From: an uncultured Gemmatimonadales bacterium
Lineage (GTDB): Bacteria; Gemmatimonadota; Gemmatimonadetes; Gemmatimonadales; GWC2-71-9
Direction: 5' to 3'
Assembly (NCBI GenBank): GCA_963739455.1
Contig: CAVUAK010000001.1
Coordinates: forward strand, 1,888,001 to 1,952,000
DNA: 64,000 bases
Part shown: piece by piece, positions 21,110 through 39,741 of the stretch
Layout: each line of letters starts with the position of its first letter
Position numbering within the stretch: position 1 is the first letter of the stretch
Notes under the pieces: model-generated
Databases searched by the model: none
Told to the model about the DNA's origin: nothing
The model's input: the letters and a program-made list of their open reading frames with translations, nothing else
Position numbers and translations under genes: made by a program

Positions 21110-22186
21110 ATGGCACAGCCACGCTTCCTCATTGTCGCCGACGGAGACTTCGGGCCCATGACCTCGAAGACCGCAAACTCGGTGATCCGGTACCGCCCGC
21201 AGCAGGTCGTTGGTGTGCTCGACCGGCAGTTCGCCGGCCGCACCTCGCAGGACGTGCTGGGGTTTGGCGGCGGCATTCCCGTGGTCGCCTCCATGAAGGA
21301 CGGGCTCGCCCTGAAGCCGACGGCGATCCTGATCGGCATCGCCCCATCAGGGGGGCGGTTGCCGGAGGAATGGAAAGCCTGGCTGGGTGAGGCGCTCGAT
21401 GCCGGGTGTGAACTCTGGAGCGGGCTCCACACCTTTCTCGGTGACGATCCGGTGCTCGCCGCGAAGTCGAAGGCGAAGGGGGTCGCGATTCACGATGTGC
21501 GCCGCCCGCCCGCACACCTCCAGGTCGCGGGAGGTCTCGCGAAGGACGTCGAGGCGTACGTGGTGCTTACGGTCGGCACGGACTGCAATGTTGGCAAGAT
21601 GACGGCGCAGCTGCAGCTGGTGGACAAGCTCAACGCGCGGGGAGTGAAGACCCGGTTCGTGGCGACGGGCCAGACCGGCATCTTCATCGAGGGCTGGGGC
21701 ATTGCGGTGGATGCCGTGATCGCCGACTTCATTGCTGGTGCCGCCGAGCAGATCACGGTGCAGGGGGCAAAGGACACGGACATCGTGCTGGTCGAGGGGC
21801 AGGGGAGCATCAACCACCCCGGCTACAGCGGCGTGACGCTCGGCCTGCTGCACGGCTCCTGCCCCGATGCAATGATCCTCTGCCACCAGGCGACGCGCGA
21901 CTACATCGGCGACTACCGGCAGGCGGCGTGGCTCAAGATTCCCCCGCTCAGCGAGTACGTGAAGCTGTACGAGCAGATCGGCTCGGCGGTGCACCCGACC
22001 AAGGTGGTCGGCATCGCGCTCAACACCTACGACATGGACGATGTCGCGGCTCGTCGTGCCTGCGATGCTGCCCAGGCGGAGACGGGCCTGCCATGCACCG
22101 ACCCGGTGCGGTTCGACCCGGCGCCGCTCATCGACGGACTGCTCCAGGATCGCCAGCGCTACCTCGCCCGTCGCCGGGCCGGATGA
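21110..22186 (+). CDS. DUF1611 domain P-loop protein (DgcN-like)
   Basis: SKTANSVIRY, IGIAPSGGRLP, VGTDCNVGKM, ATGQTG, VEGQGS.HP.YSGVTLGLLHG. Confidence 0.9.
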   Translation: MAQPRFLIVADGDFGPMTSKTANSVIRYRPQQVVGVLDRQFAGRTSQDVLGFGGGIPVVASMKDGLALKPTAILIGIAPSGGRLPEEWKAWLGEALDAGCELWSGLHTFLGDDPVLAAKSKAKGVAIHDVRRPPAHLQVAGGLAKDVEAYVVLTVGTDCNVGKMTAQLQLVDKLNARGVKTRFVATGQTGIFIEGWGIAVDAVIADFIAGAAEQITVQGAKDTDIVLVEGQGSINHPGYSGVTLGLLHGSCPDAMILCHQATRDYIGDYRQAAWLKIPPLSEYVKLYEQIGSAVHPTKVVGIALNTYDMDDVAARRACDAAQAETGLPCTDPVRFDPAPLIDGLLQDRQRYLARRRAG

Positions 22187-22213
22187 CCCCTGCCCCTGCT
22201 GAGGGCTGACCGA

Positions 22214-23137
22214 GTGCTGCTTCTCGACATGCCCGAGTTCATCAACCGGATCGCCTCCCTGCTGCGGGTGGATCCGGAAGTAGTTGTGCGCCGCCTGCTG
22301 ACGCTGGTGATCATCTGGGCACTGGCGTGGCTCGGTGACCTGCTGGTCCGGCTCCTGGCGCGCCGCATCGAGCGCGCCGTGGACGACGGCGACGATAGCA
22401 CCATGACCATGCAGGAGAAGCAGGGACGCACCGTGGCGCAGCTGCTCCGGAGCGTGGGCCGGCTGCTGATCGTGGCCCTGGCGCTGCTGATGACGCTCAA
22501 CCAGTTCATCAACATTGCGCCGATCCTGGCCGGCGCCGGTATCCTCGGCCTGGCCTTCTCCTTCGGTGCCCAGAGCCTGGTGAAGGACGTGATCACCGGC
22601 TTCTTCATGCTGGTCGAGAACTCGATCTCGGTGGGTGACACCGTGGAGATCGCGGGCAAGACCGGAACGGTGGAGCGCGTGACGCTGCGCGTGGTGCGCC
22701 TGCGCGATGTCGACGGGACACTGCACATCATCCCGAACGGCCAGATCACGACGGTGAGCAACCAGACCCGCGGCTGGTCGCGCGCGGTGGTTGACGTCAC
22801 GGTGGCCTACGAATCCGACCTGGACCGCGCACTCGGCGTGTTCCGGGAGGAGGCCGCCCGGTTCGCCGCGGACCCCGGCTGGTCGCGCCTGCTGGATGGG
22901 CCGCCCGAGGTACTGGGTGTACAGCAACTCGCGGAACGAGGGGTGACACTGCGCACGCTGCTGCGGACCCATCCAGGGAAGCAGTGGGAAGTGGCGCGCG
23001 CGTTCCGGCTGCGCATACTCGAACGCCTGGGACGCGAGCGCATCGCCATCGCGGCACTGCCCAGCGTGTCGGCCATGGGTGGCGGCGCCATCCGCAGCGA
23101 GGCAGTTACCCCGGGCACGATGGGGAGCGACGCATGA
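22214..23137 (+). CDS. Small-conductance mechanosensitive channel (MscS/YbiO-like)
   Basis: AGAGILGLAFSFGAQSLVKDVITGFF, GTLHIIPNG. Confidence 0.92.
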   Translation: MLLLDMPEFINRIASLLRVDPEVVVRRLLTLVIIWALAWLGDLLVRLLARRIERAVDDGDDSTMTMQEKQGRTVAQLLRSVGRLLIVALALLMTLNQFINIAPILAGAGILGLAFSFGAQSLVKDVITGFFMLVENSISVGDTVEIAGKTGTVERVTLRVVRLRDVDGTLHIIPNGQITTVSNQTRGWSRAVVDVTVAYESDLDRALGVFREEAARFAADPGWSRLLDGPPEVLGVQQLAERGVTLRTLLRTHPGKQWEVARAFRLRILERLGRERIAIAALPSVSAMGGGAIRSEAVTPGTMGSDA

Positions 23138-24625
23138 CGCTGCACCTGTTCAATACGATGACCCGGCGGGTCGAGCCCTTCGCGCCGATCGCGCCACCGC
23201 GCGTCTCGCTCTACACCTGTGGACCCACGGTGTGGAGCTACGCGCATATCGGGAACTTCCGCACCTTTCTCTTCGAGGACCTGCTCCGGCGCTGGCTCGA
23301 GGCCAGCGGGTACGAAGTGTTCCAGGTCATGAACCTGACCGACGTGGACGACCGGATCATCTCGGAGGCGGGGAAGGCGGACACCGACATCGACAGCTTT
23401 GTGGCGCCGTTCATCAAGGCGTTCAACGAGGATCGCGAATGGCTTCGCATTCGCGCTCCGCACGCGCAGCCACGGGCGACGGGCTTCGTGCCGGCCATGG
23501 TGCGCCTGGTCGAGGGGCTGCTCGAGAAGGGCGTCGCGTACAAGGGCGAGGACGGGTCGGTCTACTTCTCGATCGAGCGATTCCCGGCATACGGCCGGCT
23601 CTCACAGCTGGACAAGCGCGAGTTGCGCACCGGCGCAAGCGGCCGGGTGGCGAGCGATGAGTACGCCAAGGAAGATGCGCGTGACTTCGCCCTCTGGAAG
23701 GCGGCGCAGCCGGCGGACGAAGCCGTGGGCGCCGCGTGGGATGCGCCGTTCGGTCGCGGGCGTCCCGGCTGGCACCTCGAGTGCTCGGCGATGGCGCTGG
23801 ACCTCGTGGGCGAGCGGTTCGGCACCGATGTGCTCGACATTCACGCCGGGGGCGTCGACCTGATCTTCCCGCACCATGAAGACGAGATCGCGCAGAGCTG
23901 CGCCTATACCGGCCAGCCGGACTTCGCGCGGTTCTGGCTGCACGGGGAATTCCTGAACATTCGCGGCACCAAGATGTCGAAGCGGTTCGGGAACCTCACC
24001 ACGCCGCGCGACTTGAAGACCGATGGTGTCGATGCCGGAGCCGTGCGGTTGCTCGTCTTCCAGACGCATTACCGGCAGAAGCTCGACTTGACCGACGACG
24101 CGCTCGATGCGGCGCGCGAAGGGGCCCGCCGGCTGGGCGAGTTCGGCGACCGTCTTGCCCGCGCGCCGATGGGGGCTGGATCCGCCGCGGAAACGGACGC
24201 CGCCGCCGCACTGCGGGCGCTGGTGACCGAGGCCATGAACGACGACCTGAATGCCCCGCGAGCGGTGGCGGCGCTGTTCGACTTCGTGCGGGAGGGGAAC
24301 CGCCTGCTGGATGGGTCGAAGAGTGCGGGGCCGGAGCTCCGTGCGGTCTGGGCCTGGGCGGCTGAGGTCCTCGATGTCGCGGCGGGCCCGGCCAAGGTCC
24401 TCAACATTGGATTACAGGGCATGGAGTTGAACGTCGAGCAGGGAGACGCAGCCGTTGTTGAGTTAGGATCAGAAGAGTGGGCGGGGGTACTGGCCAGCGA
24501 ACGGGTAGAGGCCGAGAAAGGCTCGTAACTTCAAGCGCTCAGATGAGATACGTGACTGACTCAAGGCAAATGGCTGGGAGATTCGTGACACCAAGGATGG
24601 CCCTCAGGTGGTCCGGATCGGCTAG
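23134..24625 (+). CDS. cysS: Cysteine--tRNA ligase; C-terminus disrupted by a frameshift (~24515) and an in-frame TGA (24557)
   Basis: YTCGPTV, HIGN, DFALWK, GRPGWHLECS, KMSKR. Anticodon-domain residues ARNFKRSDEIRD*LKANGWEIRDTKDG continue in another frame to TAG 24625. Confidence 0.95.
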
Positions 24626-24646
24626 GAGCCAGGCCGGCCGGAACCG

Positions 24647-24678
24647 TCAAGTCCTCAAGTCCTCACGCCCTCAAGTCC
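24647..24678. repeat. Imperfect 8-bp tandem repeat (TCAAGTCC)x4
   Basis: tcaagtcc tcaagtcc tcacgccc tcaagtcc. Confidence 0.8.
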
Positions 24679-24721
24679 GCCATACGGCGCAGGCTGGCTA
24701 TCCCCGCTCCGCCATCGCCAG

Positions 24722-24750
24722 TTGACCTATGCTCCAGCGCCGTTTATTCT
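24722..24750 (+). promoter_or_regulatory. sigma70 promoter of the tRNA-rpmG-secE operon
   Basis: TTGACC-17 nt-TATTCT upstream of tRNA-Thr. Confidence 0.7.
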
Positions 24751-24785
24751 AAGGGTCTGTTTCTTTTGGCCCCGGCGCAATTTGC

Positions 24786-24858
24786 GCTGACGTAGCTCAA
24801 TTGGCAGAGCACCGGTTTTGTAAACCGGCGGTTGTGGGTTCGATTCCCACCGTCAGCT
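24786..24858 (+). tRNA. tRNA-Thr(UGU)
   Basis: GCTGACG/CGTCAGC acceptor stem, anticodon loop TT-TGT-AA, GGTTCGATT T loop; no encoded CCA. Confidence 0.97.
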
Positions 24859-24923
24859 TGGAGAGCGGGGCCTCGTCGTGTGTGTCGCGTGAAAAGCGTG
24901 TCGCGGCGAAGTTGCCGACGGCC

Positions 24924-25008
24924 GGTGGGGTGGCCGAGTGGCTAATGGCAGCAGACTGTAAATCTGCCGGGCTAACGCTCTACGTAGGTTCGAATCCTAC
25001 CCCCACCA
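24924..25008 (+). tRNA. tRNA-Tyr(GUA)
   Basis: GGTGGGG/CCCCACC stem, CT-GTA-AA loop, long variable arm. Confidence 0.97.
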
Positions 25009-25057
25009 CTGGTAGGGCGGAACAAAGCAGGCTCGCAGGGCGAAGGACCGGGAGTGC

Positions 25058-25130
25058 GCGGGTGTAGCTCAGTTGGTAGAGCATCAGCCTTCCAAGCTGA
25101 GGGTCGCGGGTTCGAGTCCCGTCGCCCGCT
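25058..25130 (+). tRNA. tRNA-Gly(UCC)
   Basis: GCGGGTG/CGCCCGC stem, CT-TCC-AA loop. Confidence 0.97.
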
Positions 25131-25155
25131 TGACCGGCTCAGTTGGAGAGACATC

Positions 25156-25228
25156 GCTCGCGTAGCTCAGTTGGTAGAGCACATCCTTGGTAAGGATGAG
25201 GTCACCGGTTCAATCCCGGTCGCGAGCT
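25156..25228 (+). tRNA. tRNA-Thr(GGU)
   Basis: GCTCGCG/CGCGAGC stem, TT-GGT-AA loop. Confidence 0.97.
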
Positions 25229-25268
25229 CTGGGTCGAACAGTACGATCGGAACCATAGGAAGAACGCC

Positions 25269-25418
25269 ATGCGCGACAAGGTGATTCTCGAGTGCACCGA
25301 GTGCCGCAACCGCAACTTCTTCCAGACGAAGAACAAGCGGAAGCACCCGGAGCGCGTTGAACAGCGGAAGTACTGCCCCTCGTGCAACGGTCATAAGGCG
25401 CACAAGGAGTCGAAGTAA
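25269..25418 (+). CDS. rpmG: 50S ribosomal protein L33 (Zn-ribbon form)
   Basis: Below the ORF-track cutoff: MRDKVILECTECRNRNFFQTKNKRKHPERVEQRKYCPSCNGHKAHKESK. Confidence 0.97.
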   Translation: MRDKVILECTECRNRNFFQTKNKRKHPERVEQRKYCPSCNGHKAHKESK

Positions 25419-25420
25419 GC

Positions 25421-25657
25421 ATGGACGCAGTCCAGCAGGCGCCGGTCCGCGAACCCGGCAAGTTTGCGCAGGTCCGGGAGTTCATGGAAGCGGTCCAGGC
25501 CGAGATGAAGAAGGTCACCTGGCCTTCCAAGCCGGAGCTGATCAAGGCGACACGCATGATCGTGATCGTGTCCATGGTGCTCGGCGTGCTGATCGGCCTG
25601 CTCGACTGGATGCTGCAGAAGATCCTGGTCGACGGCGTCGCCGCGCTGGCGCGGTAA
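25421..25657 (+). CDS. secE: Preprotein translocase subunit SecE
   Basis: EMKKVTWPS motif plus a single TM. Confidence 0.95.
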   Translation: MDAVQQAPVREPGKFAQVREFMEAVQAEMKKVTWPSKPELIKATRMIVIVSMVLGVLIGLLDWMLQKILVDGVAALAR

Positions 25658-25661
25658 CCGG

Positions 25662-26205
25662 ATGGAATACCGCTGGTACGCCATCCAGACGACTGCGGGC
25701 CATGAGAACAAGGTGCGTAGCCTGATCCAGAAGCGGATCGAGGACGACCCGCGGCCGGCGGAAGAGAAGCTGATCCGCCAGGCACTGGTGCCGACGCAGG
25801 ACGTGATCGAGATCAAGAACGGCAAGAAGGTCACGGTCGAGCGGAAGCTGTTTCCCGGGCTACGTGCTGGTCGACATGCAGATGGGGCAGGAAGCGCTGC
25901 ACGTCGTGAACAGCATCCAGGGCGTGATCAAGTTCGTGGGCTCGGGCAAGCTGCCGCAGCCGCTCCGCCAGGATGAAGTCAACCGCCTGCTGGGCGTGGT
26001 CGAGGCGGTGAGCGACTCGGGCGCGAAGGAAGAGATCCCGTTCCTCATCGGCCAGGTGGTCGAGATCACCGAGGGACCGTTCTCCGACTTCTCCGGCACC
26101 GTCGAAGAGGTGCTGTCCGAGAAGGGGAAGGTGAAGGTGTCGGTGAGCCTGTTCGGCCGGCCGACGAGCGTGGAGATGGACTACCTGCAGTTGAGGGGTC
26201 ACTAG
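25662..26205 (+). CDS. nusG: Transcription factor NusG; frameshift near 25853
   Basis: WYAIQTTAGHENKV...RKLFPG joins YVLVDM...KOW domain GPFSDFSG...LFGRPTSVE. Confidence 0.95.
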
Positions 26206-26247
26206 GACCCTGCAGTCTTGAAGTACCCCGCCACCGCACGGGGCTAA

Positions 26248-26279
26248 TCCTGCGGGAGATCGGCAACGATCGCAAAGGA
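26248..26279 (+). promoter_or_regulatory. Probable L1-binding (kink-turn-like) leader upstream of rplK
   Basis: TCCT...AGGA outer stem, GGA/GCAA asymmetric internal loop and GATCG-GCAA-CGATC hairpin just before the rplK start. Confidence 0.5.
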
Positions 26280-26285
26280 CAGTGA

Positions 26286-26711
26286 ATGGCGAAGAAGATC
26301 CAGGCAGTCGTGAAGCTTCAGTGTCCCGCAGGGGCCGCCAATCCGGCGCCGCCTGTAGGCACGGCCTTGGGTCCGCACGGCGTGAACATCATGGAGTTCT
26401 GCAAGCAGTTCAACGCCCGGACGCAGGGACAGGCGGGAATGGTGATCCCGGTTGTGGTCACCATCTTCTCGGACCGCACCTTCACCTTCATCACCAAGAC
26501 GCCCCCGGCGCCGAACCTCCTGTTGAAGGAGGCCGGCCTCGAGAAGGGCAGTGCCCAGCCGAACCGCCAGAAGGTCGGCAAGGTGACGAAGGCGCAGGTC
26601 AGGAAGATCGCTGAAATCAAGATGGCCGACTTGAACGCGTCCGACCTCGACAGCGCCATGCGCATGGTCGCGGGCACGGCGCGCTCGATGGGCGTGGAGG
26701 TCATCGACTGA
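26286..26711 (+). CDS. rplK: 50S ribosomal protein L11
   Basis: [24 protein letters not shown]. Confidence 0.99.
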   Translation: MAKKIQAVVKLQCPAGAANPAPPVGTALGPHGVNIMEFCKQFNARTQGQAGMVIPVVVTIFSDRTFTFITKTPPAPNLLLKEAGLEKGSAQPNRQKVGKVTKAQVRKIAEIKMADLNASDLDSAMRMVAGTARSMGVEVID

Positions 26712-27400
26712 TGGCGACCGCCGGCAAGAAGTTCCGCGCCGCGGAAGCCAACGTCGACCGCAACAAGACGTACACCATCCCGGACGCCGCGACCCTGGTC
26801 AAGAAGGCCAGCTTCGCCAAGTTCGACGAGACGGTGGACATCGCGGTCAACCTCGGCGTCGATCCGCGGCATGCCGACCAGGTGGTGCGCGGCACGGTGG
26901 TATTGCCGCACGGCACCGGCAAGTCGGTTCGGGTACTCGTCATCGCCCAGGGCGACCGGGCGAAGGATGCGGAAGCGGCAGGCGCCGATTTCGTCGGCCT
27001 CGAGTACATCCAGAAGATGAAGGAAGGCTGGCTCGAGTGTGACGTGATCGTCGCCACGCCCGATGTCATGGGCCAGCTGGGCGCGCTGGGCCGGATCCTC
27101 GGTCCCCGCGGCCTGATGCCGAACCCGAAGGCCGGTACGGTCACGCTCGATGTCGCGAAGGCGACGCGCGAGATCAAGGCCGGCAAGATCGAGTTCCGGG
27201 TCGACAAGACCGGCAACGTCCACGCCCCGATCGGCAAGGTGTCGTTCGCGGCCGACAAGCTGGCGGAGAACGCGCAGGCGTTCATGGACACCATCCTGCG
27301 CGCGAAGCCCTCGGCTGCCAAGGGGACGTATGTCCGCTCGGCCACACTGTCGAGCACCATGGGCCCGGGCGTGAAGCTCGAGACGGCGGGGTATCGATGA
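26711..27400 (+). CDS. rplA: 50S ribosomal protein L1
   Basis: [24 protein letters not shown]. Confidence 0.99.
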   Translation: MATAGKKFRAAEANVDRNKTYTIPDAATLVKKASFAKFDETVDIAVNLGVDPRHADQVVRGTVVLPHGTGKSVRVLVIAQGDRAKDAEAAGADFVGLEYIQKMKEGWLECDVIVATPDVMGQLGALGRILGPRGLMPNPKAGTVTLDVAKATREIKAGKIEFRVDKTGNVHAPIGKVSFAADKLAENAQAFMDTILRAKPSAAKGTYVRSATLSSTMGPGVKLETAGYR

Positions 27401-27906
27401 GCAGCGGCAAGGATACGCGGCAGGCAGCCGTCGACAAGCTGACCGACCAGGTGAAGGCGGCACAGACGCTCTTCGTCACCGACTTCAGCGGTCTCAGCGT
27501 GCTTCGCATGACCGAGTTCCGCCGTCGCCTCCGGGCGACCGGCGCCAAGTACGTGGTGGTGAAGAACACGCTCGCGCAGCGGGCACTCGCCGCCAACAAG
27601 ATCAGTGCCTTCGATCCGCACCTCACCGGCCCGATCGGCCTGGTGCTGGCGGGCGCCGATCCGCTGCCGTCCGCCAAGGTGGTGGGCGATTTCGCGAAGG
27701 AATTCCAGAAGCCGACCGTCAAGATCGGCCTCATCGAGGGTAAGCCCGTTGAACCCAGCTACGTCAAGCGACTCGGCGAACTGCCGCCGCGCGACGTCCT
27801 GCTGGCCCAGTTCGCTGGATGCCTCAATGGCGTCCTCTACCAGGTGGTTGCTACGCTCGAGGCGTTCCGCGACCAGCGTTTGGCTTCTAACAGTACGGAG
27901 AATTAG
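27397..27906 (+). CDS. rplJ: 50S ribosomal protein L10
   Basis: [17 protein letters not shown]; position in the operon. Confidence 0.95.
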   Translation: MSSGKDTRQAAVDKLTDQVKAAQTLFVTDFSGLSVLRMTEFRRRLRATGAKYVVVKNTLAQRALAANKISAFDPHLTGPIGLVLAGADPLPSAKVVGDFAKEFQKPTVKIGLIEGKPVEPSYVKRLGELPPRDVLLAQFAGCLNGVLYQVVATLEAFRDQRLASNSTEN

Positions 27907-27909
27907 CAC

Positions 27910-28293
27910 ATGTCGACCTCAACGCTGAGCAACGAAGCAATCATCGACGCCATTGGCGCCAAGTCCGTGGTGGAGCTGGCGGACCTGATCGATGCGTTCA
28001 AGACCAAGTTCAACGTCACCGTGTCGGCGGCTGCGGCCCCGGCGGCGGGCGGCGCGGGCGCGGCGGCAGCCGTGGAAGAGAAGACGGAGTTCGCGGTCGT
28101 CCTCAAGGAGGGCGGCGCCAAGAAGATCCAGGTCATCAAGGTGGTCCGCGAGATCACCAGCCTGGGCCTGAAGGAAGCGAAGGATGCGGTCGACAACACG
28201 CCAAGCACGCTGAAGGAAGGCCTGACCAAGGCCGAGGCGGAAGAAATCAAGAAGAAGCTCGAGGACCAGGGCGCGACCGTCGAGCTGAAGTAG
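27910..28293 (+). CDS. rplL: 50S ribosomal protein L7/L12
   Basis: Ala-rich hinge, [26 protein letters not shown]. Confidence 0.99.
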   Translation: MSTSTLSNEAIIDAIGAKSVVELADLIDAFKTKFNVTVSAAAAPAAGGAGAAAAVEEKTEFAVVLKEGGAKKIQVIKVVREITSLGLKEAKDAVDNTPSTLKEGLTKAEAEEIKKKLEDQGATVELK

Positions 28294-28483
28294 CGCGAAG
28301 CGCGGTCCCGACGTCCGGCCGTGTCTGCGGCCGGACGAGGGATTCGGCGACTTCAACCTATTTCAGTGAGACGGCGCATGCGCGAAGCGAAGTTCAGTAC
28401 CTGAATCTGCTGTGCCCCAGGACCCCCCGCCCCCGGCGGGGGTTCGGTGCTGGGGCCCATTGTGTTGTGCCTGAGCGAGCCCT

Positions 28484-32921
<4,438 letters not shown>

Positions 32922-32933
32922 GAAGAGGCACCC

Positions 32934-37487
<4,554 letters not shown>

Positions 37488-37504
37488 CAGCTGAAGCAAC
37501 AAAC

Positions 37505-37544
37505 GAAAGGCGCCCGGGAGTGATCCCGGGCGCCTTTCTGTTTC
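37505..37544. terminator. Bidirectional intrinsic terminator between rpoC and the convergent peptidase gene
   Basis: GAAAGGCGCCCGGGA-GTGA-TCCCGGGCGCCTTTC, a 15-bp perfect stem with A-rich and T-rich flanks. Confidence 0.9.
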
Positions 37545-37563
37545 TCGGGGAGGGCGATCCTCG

Positions 37564-39474
37564 TCAGCGCTCGATAACCTGGGTCGTCCTGCCGCGGTGA
37601 TCCGTGACGATGATCGGCGTGCGGGCCGGCAGCTCGTGCAGCTTCTGGCCCGCCGCTGTCGCACCAGCACGCAGGGCCGCAGATACCGAGGGCACGGTGT
37701 AGGGGTCGCTCGGGACGTCGTTGACCACGTAGCCGAAGTCGCGCAGCGACGCGCTGGTGATCGCGCTGAGCGGATTGGAAGTCGGGTTCAGGAAGCCGGT
37801 CATCAGCTCGTTGCCCATGACGGACTCGCTCCAGTGGCCGTCGCGGGTGCCATCATTGCAGGTCCCGTCTCCTTCCACTGGCGTGATCGGGTCATCGTAG
37901 ACCCCGCCAGGAACCAGTGCCGCCAGGAACGCCTGCTGCGACGACGGGCCGTCGAACGAGGGGGTGGTCGATGCGGGGCACTTGCCGATCAGGAGGCCCT
38001 TTTCGTCCCACAGTGTACCAAACCCGAAGACGTGCGCCATCTCGTGCAGGATGACCGCGTCCAGCCCATTCCCGATCAGTCCATCGATGTTGGCGTCATC
38101 GAAGATCATGCAACCGGCAAACGGCAGGTAGTTGTCGCGCGTGTACACCGGAGTGGCCAGGCCGAGGATGTTCAGGCCAGAGTTTCCATCGATCGGACGC
38201 ACATAGATGTAGATGTTGATGTCCCGGATCGTCGTGTTGCTGACCAGCGGAATGCATGGAATGACGCCGACGCCGGGAAGGCCCGTGTTAATGCTATCGG
38301 GCCCGACCTTGTCAGCGCCCGAGAGGGTGACCGGGGTCAACCCGCCGATAATGATGGACTCCCAGCGTGCCTTGGCTGCGTCAAAGGCCGCCTGCACCTC
38401 AGGCTTCAGCGCCGGGGCACCCGGGGGCACGATGAGGTTGATCCTGAAGTTCGAGGCCGGCACCGCGGAGGCTGTCGCTGAAAAGGTTACCGGAGCTGCG
38501 GCACCCGCGGAAACATTGACCGACTGGGCTCCTGCAGCCCCGAATCGCCAATAGGGAATGGCCGCCTGTCCGTTGAGGCCAGTGGTCGCGCCGGTTGGGA
38601 CGCTTCCGCCACCGGTGACGGCGTACGTCACGGGAACACCCTCGGTGGGCTGGCCGAACTGGTTGAGCACCGACACCGTGACCTTCTGGCCGGCAAAGTT
38701 GCCGGCGTATCCAGTCTGGTTGTCACCCTCGACCTTGGTCACTGCCGAGATGACCAGTGGCTCAGCGGTGGCGCTGAAGGTGACTGGGGCAATCGAGGTG
38801 TTCTGGACGGTCGCAGTCAGTGTGTTCGTTGTGGCGGTGCCCAGGCGCCAGCCTCCGACCGTGGCAACGCCCGCGGCCGCGCCACTGGCGCTCGTGGTCT
38901 GCACCGGGCCCGACACACTGCCTCCGCCGGAACCCACCGAGAAGACCACGCGAGCCCCGGGTACCGGGTATTGGCCATCCGTGACCGTGACGGAGGGTGC
39001 CACTGGCACGGTACTCTGCTGCACCCAGGTCTGGCCGTCGCCCGCCCGGATGGATATGGCAGAGGGGGGGCCGGTGATTGCGGTGGCCTGGAAATTCACC
39101 GAAATGTTTCCTGCCGTGGCCTTGAGGGTGTTGATCCCTGGCGTGGGCCCTAGAACCCACCCGCCCACCGTCGCGATGCCCTGCGCGGTAGTCGTGACGG
39201 TAGCACCGTTGACGGTGCCGCCTCCGGCTGCGGCGCTGAACGTGACCGCGACACCTCCCATCGGGCCGGAGGCGTTGGTCACGACGACCGACGGCGGCGT
39301 CGGCACCCCAGTGCCGTACTTCACGAACTGACCGTTGCCTGCGCTGATCGCGATCGAGGTCGGCTGGGGGCCGCCACTGGGACCTCCGCTGTCGCCGCTA
39401 CACGCTGCGCCGAGGAGTGCCGATGCAATCGCCACGAGGCTGGATAGCTGGCGGAGGGGAAATCGAGAAGCCAT
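37564..39474 (-). CDS. Lipoprotein with about 3 Ig-like (Big_1-type) repeats and a C-terminal leishmanolysin-like (M8) zinc metallopeptidase
   Basis: Lipobox LGAAC; repeats GNGQ/GDGQ/GDNQ...VTF..GGGxV..T...GxAT...WxLG; HEMAHVFGFG, GHWSESVMGNELMTG, PLSAITSASLRDFGY. Confidence 0.88.
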   Translation of the reverse strand: MASRFPLRQLSSLVAIASALLGAACSGDSGGPSGGPQPTSIAISAGNGQFVKYGTGVPTPPSVVVTNASGPMGGVAVTFSAAAGGGTVNGATVTTTAQGIATVGGWVLGPTPGINTLKATAGNISVNFQATAITGPPSAISIRAGDGQTWVQQSTVPVAPSVTVTDGQYPVPGARVVFSVGSGGGSVSGPVQTTSASGAAAGVATVGGWRLGTATTNTLTATVQNTSIAPVTFSATAEPLVISAVTKVEGDNQTGYAGNFAGQKVTVSVLNQFGQPTEGVPVTYAVTGGGSVPTGATTGLNGQAAIPYWRFGAAGAQSVNVSAGAAAPVTFSATASAVPASNFRINLIVPPGAPALKPEVQAAFDAAKARWESIIIGGLTPVTLSGADKVGPDSINTGLPGVGVIPCIPLVSNTTIRDINIYIYVRPIDGNSGLNILGLATPVYTRDNYLPFAGCMIFDDANIDGLIGNGLDAVILHEMAHVFGFGTLWDEKGLLIGKCPASTTPSFDGPSSQQAFLAALVPGGVYDDPITPVEGDGTCNDGTRDGHWSESVMGNELMTGFLNPTSNPLSAITSASLRDFGYVVNDVPSDPYTVPSVSAALRAGATAAGQKLHELPARTPIIVTDHRGRTTQVIER

Positions 39475-39648
39475 TCACGTCTCCAGGGGGGTACTGAGTG
39501 GCCCGAACGAATGCCGAACCACAAAAAGAACGTTGCTCATGCGTCCAAAGAAGGCCCAACGAACCGTTACGCGCAAACAAGGACGACGCACGGCGTGGCG
39601 GACGCACGCCGGTGGGAGTCAGGGCGGGGTCGAAACTGGCTCTGCGTC

Positions 39649-39677
39649 TTGACCTACGGCCCCTGACCCTCTACTTT
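39649..39677 (+). promoter_or_regulatory. sigma70 promoter of the str operon
   Basis: TTGACC-17 nt-TACTTT followed by a GC-rich discriminator. Confidence 0.7.
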
Positions 39678-39741
39678 CTGCGGTCTGCGCCAAAAATGGG
39701 CGCGCGGGATCGTGGAATACGGGAGCTCTTGCACCAAGCAC

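Noticed and set aside
24557..24559. TGA in cysS read as selenocysteine or Trp recoding
   Set aside because: The position is not a catalytic Cys, no SECIS-like hairpin is evident, and TGA is used as a normal stop throughout the window.
24786..25228. tRNA cluster as an integration site for a mobile element
   Set aside because: No integrase or transposase, and no duplicated tRNA 3' end was seen in the window.
28294..28483. GC hairpins in the rplL-rpoB spacer as a novel ncRNA
   Set aside because: Attenuator and processing hairpins are expected at this position; nothing distinguishes them further.
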